NCBI GenBank assembly: GCA_037189525.1 | Contig: JBBCJC010000002.1 | Span: forward strand, 736,001-800,000 | DNA length: 64,000 bases | Reading direction: 5' to 3' | Source: Gemmatimonadales bacterium | GTDB lineage: Bacteria; Gemmatimonadota; Gemmatimonadetes; Gemmatimonadales; GWC2-71-9 | Shown: in pieces, positions 1 to 7,839 of the stretch | How the letters are laid out: each line of letters starts with the position of its first letter | Numbering within the stretch: position 1 is the stretch's first letter | The notes under the pieces: generated by a model | Databases searched by the model: none | The model's input: the letters and a program-made list of their open reading frames with translations, nothing else | Told to the model about the DNA's origin: nothing | Translations under genes and position numbers: made by a program

Positions 1-1117
1 CGTCTCCAACAAGTTTTCCGGGGTCTTTTTCGGCAGCCCTGGCGCAGTCCGCGCCGAGAACATGGTGTTGCGTTGGGTGGCGGATGAACTCGGCTTGCCG
101 GCCAGTACGGTGGGCAATCTGACGTCGGGGGGCAGCATTGCCAACCTGATTGCGGTGGTTGCTGCGCGGGAAGCCCACGGGATTGGTGCGGCGTCGGTGC
201 CGTCGCAGGTGGTGTATCTGACGTCGCAGGCACACCACTCGCTCGATAAAGCACTTCGGATTGCCGGACTCGGTGAGGCGGTCGTTCGTCAGATTCCGAT
301 CGACGCGGCGTTTCGGATGCGGGCCGACCTGCTCGCCGAACAGATCGTCGCCGATCGCGCTGCGGGGCTCAGTCCCTGGCTCATCCTCGGCGCGGCAGGA
401 ACCACCGATACGGGTGCGGTCGATCCTCTCGATCAGTTGGCGGACATCGCCGCGCGGGAGCGATGCTGGTTCCATGTCGACGGCGCCTACGGCGGCTTCT
501 TTGCGCTGACCGAGGCCGGTAAGCGAACCCTTCGCGGCATCGAACGCGCGGATTCGGTGGTCCTGGATCCGCACAAGAGCCTTTTTCTGCCCTATGGGTC
601 CGGCATGGTGCTGGTTCGCGATCCGGAACCGTTGCGCCAGGCGCATCGTGGCGGGGGCGCCTATCTCCAGGACATTCCAGACGACCCTACCCAGGTATCG
701 CCCGCCGATGTCTCGCCCGAGCTGTCGCGACCGTTTCGCGGGATGCGGATCTGGTTGCCTCTCAAGCTCCTCGGCGCCAAGCCGTTTCGGGCGGCGCTGG
801 ACGAGAAACTGTTACTGGCCCAGTACTTCTATGCTCGGGTAGCGGAGTTGGGGTTCGAAGTCGGTCCGCCGCCCGATCTGTCGTTGGTGACGTTCCGCTG
901 GGCGCCGGAGGGCATGACCCTCGACGAGGCCAACGCGATGAACCGCCGGATCATCGAGTGGTTGCGCGACGACGGGCGGATTTTTCTGTCGTCGACCATG
1001 ATCGACGGGCGCTATACTCTGCGCATGGTGATCCTGTCGTTCCGAACCCATCGGCGCACCGTCGACGTGGCTTTACGGGCGCTCAGCGAAGCAGTCAACG
1101 CGCTGCAGCCAGGTTGA
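1..1117 (+). CDS. PLP-dependent group II decarboxylase (aromatic amino acid/glutamate decarboxylase family), 5' truncated by window edge
   Basis: Frame open from position 2; motifs TSGGSIAN, WFHVDGAYGG, DSVVLDPHK (PLP lysine). Confidence 0.9.
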   Translation, partial: VSNKFSGVFFGSPGAVRAENMVLRWVADELGLPASTVGNLTSGGSIANLIAVVAAREAHGIGAASVPSQVVYLTSQAHHSLDKALRIAGLGEAVVRQIPIDAAFRMRADLLAEQIVADRAAGLSPWLILGAAGTTDTGAVDPLDQLADIAARERCWFHVDGAYGGFFALTEAGKRTLRGIERADSVVLDPHKSLFLPYGSGMVLVRDPEPLRQAHRGGGAYLQDIPDDPTQVSPADVSPELSRPFRGMRIWLPLKLLGAKPFRAALDEKLLLAQYFYARVAELGFEVGPPPDLSLVTFRWAPEGMTLDEANAMNRRIIEWLRDDGRIFLSSTMIDGRYTLRMVILSFRTHRRTVDVALRALSEAVNALQPG

Positions 1118-1766
1118 GCAGGTACGCGAAGAGGTTGTCTCCCAATCGGGTTGGCGTGGCTTTCGCATCGTAGTGATCGAAGCGGGTACAGGCAACCACG
1201 ACATGGCCGGTTCCGTAGGCGGCCTCGACGATCACGGCGTTGCGATTCAGCTTGGCATGCCGGGCGAGCACCTTCCACTCGCGTGCCGGCTCCGTCAGGG
1301 AGCAGTTGCCGACGAAGGCTCCGTTCGATTCGGCGAAGTCGGTGAGCTTGTCGCCGGAGATTCCCGCGAAGATCGGGTGCTTGCGATCGGTGATTCGCGC
1401 TTCGACGGTGTGTTCGCCGGCAAAGATCTCGTAGGGCGCCCAGCCTCGTGAAAAACCGTCGACCTTCGGATTGATGACCAGCAGGATGCCGCCGTTCTGG
1501 ACATATGCCTTGAAGGCGGGGCCGTTGAGATCCTGGAGACGGAACAGATTATCGACCACGATGAGGTCGTAGCGGCCGAGATCGGCGCCGGTGATCGAGG
1601 TCGGAATGGTGTCGAACGGGGTCTGGCGATGCGCCAGGATCGTGGCACCGAACGACCCCATGCCGGCCGCCTGAATGATCCCGACCCGCGGCTGATCCTG
1701 CGCTGCGCCGTTGCCGGCTCCGGCCAGCACGAGCAACAGGACGAAAATCGGGCCGAGGTGAGGCAT
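1095..1766 (-). CDS. Hypothetical exported protein (possible class I glutamine amidotransferase-like fold)
   Basis: Signal-peptide-like N-terminus; 'YDLIVVD...YVQNGGILLV' resembles GATase-like segments; ends convergently on the decarboxylase. Confidence 0.6.
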   Translation of the reverse strand: MPHLGPIFVLLLVLAGAGNGAAQDQPRVGIIQAAGMGSFGATILAHRQTPFDTIPTSITGADLGRYDLIVVDNLFRLQDLNGPAFKAYVQNGGILLVINPKVDGFSRGWAPYEIFAGEHTVEARITDRKHPIFAGISGDKLTDFAESNGAFVGNCSLTEPAREWKVLARHAKLNRNAVIVEAAYGTGHVVVACTRFDHYDAKATPTRLGDNLFAYLLNLAAAR

Positions 1767-1908
1767 TGGGGTCTCCGTGGTACGAGTGTCGGGAATCTGC
1801 GGGTCCCGGGTCGGGTCGCAAGGGGTGCGACCTTGCTGCCAAGGTGATACTGTCTAACGTTAGGAGCCCGGCCGCGCGCGATGCCGGGTCCCTCCGATCA
1901 ACTTTGCT

Positions 1909-3786
1909 GTGGAGTTGGTGACTGTGGCCGACGGTCAGACCATGTTCAATGTTGCCCCGGGTGGCGGCGATCCGTTCGAGCAGCTGCTGGAACAGGTGCG
2001 CCTGGCCGCCGAGGGAGCGTACGATATCCTCGGCGAAATGGGGCGCAGCAAGAGCGGCAACGTCGTGTATCTCGCGCGGGAGCTCGAGACCGGCAATCTC
2101 GTGGCGATGAAGCTCTCGCGTGACGCGGGGGCGCCGGACGAATTCACTCTCGAAGTGGTGCGAACGCTGGACGGGTCGGTGCCGGGGCTCGAGAGCAAGT
2201 GTCCGGAGTGCAAAGGCCTCCTTCCGGATTGGGATCGCTTCTGTTTCCGGTGCGGCGCTGACTTGTCCGTCGTCGGGTTTACCCCGGGCGACGACGAAGG
2301 GGCCGAGATTCTGGCCGCCGTGAAGGAAGCGACGGCGGGTGCCTACGATATCGTCGGCAAAATGGATCGCGCCGATGGAGGCGGGGTCGTGTTCTTTGCC
2401 CGCGATCTGGAGCGGAACCGTCTGGTGGCGCTCCGTCTCAAGCAGGACCAGAGCGCCGATCCGGAGCAGGCGAGCTACTCGATCGGTGAGACGCAGGTCT
2501 TCCGTCCGCTTGCTGCGGAGCTGGGCGCGACCCAGATCGCTCCGGCTGCGTTTGTGATGCCGACCCCGCCGCCTGCCGCGGCTCCGGTGGTCGCGGCGGC
2601 CGTGTCGGAGCCGATTCCGGCCGCCGTTCCTCCGGTGCGGAGTGGCGCGCGCCCGTCCGGCATGGGGAAGAAGTTGGCGCTGGCCGGTGGATTGGTGTTG
2701 CTCGTGGTGATTGCCGTGCTGGCGTTCAGCGGAGGCGATGACGTGACGCCGACGCCTCCGCCTGCTGTCGTCGAAACCCCTCCGCCGGCGGCCGAACCCG
2801 CCGAGCCGGTTGTCACCGAGCCGGTTGCTTCGATTGCCGCGGCGGATTCCGGTGTGATTACCGTGGGGGTGCCGCTGCCCGGTGGAGCGCGCCTCACCAT
2901 CGACGGCCGCGCGGTGCGGGGTGCGCAGCATCGGGTCGCGGCGGGCACCCGAGCGCTGGTCCTGACGGCCGCCGGGTATGAAACCGTGCGCGAGCGGATC
3001 GAGGTCGGGGCTGAGCAAACGGTGGTCTGGCGCCCCCAGCTCTCCCGGGTTGCTGCGTCAGCACCGGCGCCTGCGCCTGAACCGGCGCCGCCGCCCGTTG
3101 CGCCGCCCCCCGCGCAGACGGTGGCGCCGACCTGCGCCCGCGCCGTCAGCCGATCGGAGTGGAGCGCGGCGCTGGATCTCTGCCGCGCCGAGGCGCAGGC
3201 GGGCAATGCGACTGCGCAGCGGAACCTGGCCAAGCTCTATGATGACGGGAACGGGGTGGCGCAGGACCGTGCCCAGGCAGCGGAGTGGTATCAGCGCGCT
3301 GCAGCGGGCGGGAGCCGGGAAGCCCAGGAGCGGCTCGGCTACCTCTATCGGGAGGGACTTGGCGTCCGGCGCGACGAGCGGCAATCCGCGACCTTCTTCC
3401 GGCAGGCGGCGGAGGGGGGCCAGGTTCGGGCCCAGCTCGAATACGGGGTGGCGCTGGAAGACGGCAAGGGGGTAGACCGGGACCAGGCGCAAGCTGCGCA
3501 ATGGTATGAGAAGGCCTCGTCGGGCGGTAGCCCGCAGGCGGCCCGGCGCCTGGGACGGTTGTATGAGCGTGGCAGCGGCGTCTCGAAAGACGAAGCCGCG
3601 GCGGCCAAGTGGTATCGGGTCGGGGGTGATCGCGGCGATGCGGAGGCCCAGTACTTCCTCGGCCGGCTGTACAAGGACGGCAAAGGGGTATCGAAGTCTG
3701 CGGAGCAGGCGTTGGTGTGGTTTCAGAAGGCGGCGGCACAGGGGCATCGTGACGCGGCCAACGAAGCGCGCCGGCTGACGCCCTGA
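1909..3786 (+). CDS. Membrane protein: two kinase N-lobe-like segments flanking a zinc ribbon, TM helix, PEGA-like domain, Sel1 repeats
   Basis: CPEC...CFRC; TM 'LALAGGLVLLVVIAVLAF'; about five Sel1 repeats (AQxxLGxLYxxGxGVxxDxxxAxxW). Start could be ATG 1942. Confidence 0.8.
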   Translation: MELVTVADGQTMFNVAPGGGDPFEQLLEQVRLAAEGAYDILGEMGRSKSGNVVYLARELETGNLVAMKLSRDAGAPDEFTLEVVRTLDGSVPGLESKCPECKGLLPDWDRFCFRCGADLSVVGFTPGDDEGAEILAAVKEATAGAYDIVGKMDRADGGGVVFFARDLERNRLVALRLKQDQSADPEQASYSIGETQVFRPLAAELGATQIAPAAFVMPTPPPAAAPVVAAAVSEPIPAAVPPVRSGARPSGMGKKLALAGGLVLLVVIAVLAFSGGDDVTPTPPPAVVETPPPAAEPAEPVVTEPVASIAAADSGVITVGVPLPGGARLTIDGRAVRGAQHRVAAGTRALVLTAAGYETVRERIEVGAEQTVVWRPQLSRVAASAPAPAPEPAPPPVAPPPAQTVAPTCARAVSRSEWSAALDLCRAEAQAGNATAQRNLAKLYDDGNGVAQDRAQAAEWYQRAAAGGSREAQERLGYLYREGLGVRRDERQSATFFRQAAEGGQVRAQLEYGVALEDGKGVDRDQAQAAQWYEKASSGGSPQAARRLGRLYERGSGVSKDEAAAAKWYRVGGDRGDAEAQYFLGRLYKDGKGVSKSAEQALVWFQKAAAQGHRDAANEARRLTP

Positions 3787-3815
3787 TTCCGTGTCCATCC
3801 ATTATTGAGGATTTC

Positions 3816-4859
3816 ATGAAGGGCGTATTCTCGGCGGCCGGGCTGACGCTCGTGCTTGCCATGACCGCGTGCGGCCGTTCGCCGTCGGCTGAGCAGGAAG
3901 CGCGCGCGAAGGTCCTGCACGACATACCGGCTTCGATCATCCTCCCGACCTACCGCCAACTCGACGCGCGTGCTGCGGAGCTGGCAGAGCGGATTGCCGT
4001 GCTGGCTGCGGAGCCGACGGAGCCGAATCTGGAGTTGGCGCGGACGGCGTGGCGCGAGGCCCGGCGCAGCTGGGAACAGGGCGAGGGATTTCTTTTCGGG
4101 CCCGTCGATAGTGACGGCCTCGATCCGCAGATCGATAGCTGGCCGGTCAATCGGACGGACCTGGATGCAGTCCTGGCCGGCGCCGACTCTCTTACGGTTA
4201 GTGCCGTGAGCCGCCTCGACGTGACACTGCAGGGATTTCACACGCTCGAGTATCTGCTCTGGGGCACCGGAAAGAAGCGAGCGGCCGATCTTACGAAGCG
4301 GGAGTTGGCGTATCTCCAGGCATCCGCGGGCGCCCTCAAGCAGGCCACCGGGGCGCTGGTGTCGGCGTGGGGCGCCGAGGGGGGTAACTATCTGTCCGTG
4401 CTGCAGTCGGCCGGCGAGCCGTCCAATGTGATTTATCCTTCGCAGCAGGCGGGGTTGCAGGAGCTGGTGAACGGTCTGATCAAGATTGCCGACGAATTGT
4501 CGGCGACCAAAATCGCCGAGCCACTCGAAGCACGCGATCCGGCCCTTCAGGAATCACAGTTCAGCGACAACTCGCTCGCCGACTATCTCGACAACGTCCG
4601 GTCCATCGATCATGTCTATCGCGGGGTCTTCGGTTCGGACAGCGTAGCGGGGCTGACGACGCTCGTCCGTCCCGGCGCGGCGCAGGTCGACGAGCGGATC
4701 CGGCGCGAGATTGCCGACGCGTTGATTGCGCTCGAAGCGCTCGCACCGTCGTTCGGCGACGCCATCCTGACTCGGCCGGTCGCGGTGGAGTCGGCCAGGC
4801 AGGCCGTTGCGACCTTGCGGGCGACACTCGAGCGCGACCTGCTTCCGCTGGTCGAGTGA
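3816..4859 (+). CDS. Imelysin (peptidase M75 / IrpA-like) lipoprotein
   Basis: Lipobox-like 'MTAC'; IDSWP and GFHTLEYLLW motifs; ESQFSDNS. Confidence 0.9.
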   Translation: MKGVFSAAGLTLVLAMTACGRSPSAEQEARAKVLHDIPASIILPTYRQLDARAAELAERIAVLAAEPTEPNLELARTAWREARRSWEQGEGFLFGPVDSDGLDPQIDSWPVNRTDLDAVLAGADSLTVSAVSRLDVTLQGFHTLEYLLWGTGKKRAADLTKRELAYLQASAGALKQATGALVSAWGAEGGNYLSVLQSAGEPSNVIYPSQQAGLQELVNGLIKIADELSATKIAEPLEARDPALQESQFSDNSLADYLDNVRSIDHVYRGVFGSDSVAGLTTLVRPGAAQVDERIRREIADALIALEALAPSFGDAILTRPVAVESARQAVATLRATLERDLLPLVE

Positions 4860-6217
4860 CGCAGCGGCAGTCGACCGTGATGCGTGCGTTGGCGGGGCTC
4901 CTCATTCTCCTCGGGGCATCGAGCTGCCGCTCGGGTCATGCCTCCGATCGATCGTCGCATTCGGGCGGGGATCTGACGATTTTCGACCGCACCAGCGGCG
5001 CCTTTCGCGCGCCCGCTCCCAATCTGGATTCTGCGGAGCTTGCGCGGCATCGGATCGGTGATGTCGCGTTCGAAGCGGCGTTCGTTTCTTCGCCGGCGCC
5101 GTTCAATCCCGGGCTCGGCCCGTTCTTCAACGATTTATCGTGCCGAGCTTGTCACCAGGGTGATGGTCGGGGGCGGGCCGCGGAGCCCGGCGCGATTCCG
5201 AACGCACTGCTCCTCCGGGTGAGCGTGCCGGGCACGCCGGCCGTCCCGCGTTTCGGTGCTCAGCTTCAGTTGCGCGCCACCGTCGGCTTCGAACCTGAGG
5301 CCACGGCCGTGGTCTCCTATGTGATGACGCGAGGCCAGCTGGCGGACGGTACGCCCTATGAGCTTCGCGCGCCCCGCTTCGAGGTCGCTTCGGCGCTCGG
5401 GTCGCTTCCGGCCGATCTCGAGCTGTCTCCGCGGCTGGCGCCGCCCGTTTTCGGGCTCGGTTTGCTCGAGGCGGTTGCGGATCAGGATATCCTCGCCCGC
5501 GCCGATCCGGACGATCGCGACGGCGACGGCATTTCGGGGCGTCCGAACTATGCGATCGACGCGACGACCGGGGAACGGAAGCTGGGCCGTTTCGGATGGA
5601 AGGCCGGGGTGCCGTCGCTCCTGCATCAGAGCGCACTCGCGTATTCGGAGGACATGGGGATCACCTCCGCCTACTTTCCGACGGAAACATGCCGGGATCT
5701 GATCAAGCATAGCCGCTGTGAAGATCACGACGCCGACCTTCCGTCTTCCACCATCGATCTGGTCACCTGGTATGTCCGGACGCTCGCCGTGCCGGCGCGC
5801 CGCGGCCTCGACGACCGAACCGTGCGCCGGGGAGAGGCGACCTTTCGGCGGATCGGCTGCGCCTCGTGCCATGTGGAGTCGATGCGGACCGCGGAGACCG
5901 GCGTGCCGCGTTTGCTTGCCGGGCAATCGTTCCGCCCGTATACGGACCTGCTGCTTCACGATATGGGCGATGGCCTTGCCGATGGCCGACCCGATGGCCT
6001 GGCCAACGGGCGGGAATGGCGGACGCCGCCGCTCTGGGGTATCGGGCTCACCCGAGTGGTCAACGGCCATACCAGCTTCCTGCACGACGGGCGCGCCCGG
6101 AATCTGCTCGAGGCCATCCTCTGGCATGCCGGAGAAGCGGACGCGGCGGCAACCCGGTTCCGGAATCTCTCGGCCAAGGATCGTGCCGCCCTGCTCGCCT
6201 TTCTCGAAAGCCTCTGA
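4856..6217 (+). CDS. Di-haem oxidoreductase family protein (DUF1111/DHOR)
   Basis: Two CxxCH motifs (CRACH, CASCH); GRFGWKA, YTDLLLHDMG, WRTPPLWGIG, LHDGRA; overlaps the imelysin stop codon. Confidence 0.9.
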   Translation: MTQRQSTVMRALAGLLILLGASSCRSGHASDRSSHSGGDLTIFDRTSGAFRAPAPNLDSAELARHRIGDVAFEAAFVSSPAPFNPGLGPFFNDLSCRACHQGDGRGRAAEPGAIPNALLLRVSVPGTPAVPRFGAQLQLRATVGFEPEATAVVSYVMTRGQLADGTPYELRAPRFEVASALGSLPADLELSPRLAPPVFGLGLLEAVADQDILARADPDDRDGDGISGRPNYAIDATTGERKLGRFGWKAGVPSLLHQSALAYSEDMGITSAYFPTETCRDLIKHSRCEDHDADLPSSTIDLVTWYVRTLAVPARRGLDDRTVRRGEATFRRIGCASCHVESMRTAETGVPRLLAGQSFRPYTDLLLHDMGDGLADGRPDGLANGREWRTPPLWGIGLTRVVNGHTSFLHDGRARNLLEAILWHAGEADAAATRFRNLSAKDRAALLAFLESL

Positions 6218-6226
6218 TCGTCCGGA

Positions 6227-7780
6227 TCAGGATCGGGTCCGGATGTATTCGATCAGGTCGCCCAGCGCGGCGCCGATCTGCTTGGCTAGCGGAATGGCGT
6301 CGTGCCGGAAGAAGCGGATGATGTCCGGCAGCGACGTGAAGAAGCTGTGGATTATCAGCAGGGAAAGTCCCATCACCGCGAGCGTCAGGGTCGTGGTCAT
6401 CACCGCTACGACCAGCATCGCCACCAGGGCGACCGTCATCAGCGCGCCGATGAACAGCGTCAGGATCCCGCCCAGGACTCGGGCCACGAGGCCGGGGCGC
6501 GGGTAGCCGCCCGACCCAAAGCGCAGCAAGCGGGCTCCCTGTGCCTGGAGCCGCTGCAGGCGTCTGGCGGACCCGGGGTGGTAGCCTCCCGCGGGGGTGG
6601 TGGCGCCGCGGTGTCCGCTGGTCGAGGGCCAGAGGATGAAGAGGAGGCCCGCCTTGGCGCCGGCCGGGAACATCACATCGGTGCGTTGCAACCGCTGAAT
6701 GGCATGCGCCATTCCGTCGGGGTTGCGGGTCAACTGGACGGCGGTGGCGTCGGCCAGGTAGCGGCGGGCGCGCCAGAGGGCGGCGAGGATCGGGCCGAAG
6801 AAGATCCACTGGCCCAGCAGGATGAAAAGCTGGGTCGTGGCGCCGGCCAGGACGAACGGCATCGTCAGCATGGCGCGGCATCCCGACGGCGAGGTGGTCT
6901 CGGGTGAATGCTCCTGGGCCAGCAGTTCGGCAACCTCTTCGACGGCGCGGGCGTCTCGGCTGAACAGCCCGGTGATACTCCGCCTGAGGGTTCGGGCGGC
7001 GCTCTTGGCGGACCCGGCCGTGAGGATGGCGCCCAGCAGACCGAAGGTCCGGTCGACGGAGAGGACCAGATTGGCAATGCGCAGATCGCCGTTGCCCACC
7101 GAGCCGATCAGGTGGCCCAGGACGGCCTGGGTCTCATTGCGGTCGAGGGTGCTCAGCAAGCCACTGGTGACCACGATGGTGGCGTCGTCGGGTCCGGTGC
7201 CCACGGCCGCCGCGTTGGCGGCGGACTGATCGAGCAGCTTGACGCGTGGCGGCCGCATCCCCGCGGCGATGGACATTTCTTCCAGCACATTGATGAGTTG
7301 CCGCTCTTCCAGGTCGTGGGGTCGCGGGTCACGCGCCTCGATGGCGAGCAGCACCCCGCCCGGGCCGGCGCGCCGGAACAGGGCCAGCACCCAGACCCAG
7401 AGCAGCAGCATGCCGAGCATGCCGGGCGCGATGAGCAGCATCCCGAGGCGGGCGAGTGCGGCCAGGTCGAGTCCGGACCAGTCGCCGGCATTGAGGCCCC
7501 GGTCCAGGGGGGCCAGGATTTCGGGGAGCAGCCGGCCGATCCGCTCGATCAGCGCCCAGAGCTCGGCAGGCAGCGGCACGACCAGGTTGACGAGGTGAAT
7601 CAGCGTCAGCGAGATCAGGTAGAGGATCGGGGTCAGGATCAGGCTGAGTGGGATCCCCGCCAGCGCCACCGCGGCGGCGCCGGCCACGGCAAAGCGCCAC
7701 GTCCGGCGGCGATGCCGCGCCTGCTCCGCAAAGAAGGTGGTTCGGTCCGCGGGGCCGAACCGGGATGGAGGAGCCGTCAT
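6227..7780 (-). CDS. HtpX/M48 peptidase-like membrane protein with degenerate zinc site
   Basis: EERQLINVLEEMSIAAG, NAAAVG, LADATAVQLTRNP match HtpX; HExxH replaced by HLIGS. Confidence 0.8.
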   Translation of the reverse strand: MTAPPSRFGPADRTTFFAEQARHRRRTWRFAVAGAAAVALAGIPLSLILTPILYLISLTLIHLVNLVVPLPAELWALIERIGRLLPEILAPLDRGLNAGDWSGLDLAALARLGMLLIAPGMLGMLLLWVWVLALFRRAGPGGVLLAIEARDPRPHDLEERQLINVLEEMSIAAGMRPPRVKLLDQSAANAAAVGTGPDDATIVVTSGLLSTLDRNETQAVLGHLIGSVGNGDLRIANLVLSVDRTFGLLGAILTAGSAKSAARTLRRSITGLFSRDARAVEEVAELLAQEHSPETTSPSGCRAMLTMPFVLAGATTQLFILLGQWIFFGPILAALWRARRYLADATAVQLTRNPDGMAHAIQRLQRTDVMFPAGAKAGLLFILWPSTSGHRGATTPAGGYHPGSARRLQRLQAQGARLLRFGSGGYPRPGLVARVLGGILTLFIGALMTVALVAMLVVAVMTTTLTLAVMGLSLLIIHSFFTSLPDIIRFFRHDAIPLAKQIGAALGDLIEYIRTRS

Positions 7781-7839
7781 GCCGCTGCTCCGGACCAGGA
7801 GTGACTGCAGCTGCCGGTACTTCGGGCGCGAGCGTCCGG

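Noticed and set aside
3790..3820. AT-rich stretch before imelysin as a Fur box
   Set aside because: Poor palindrome that overlaps the RBS; too weak to call
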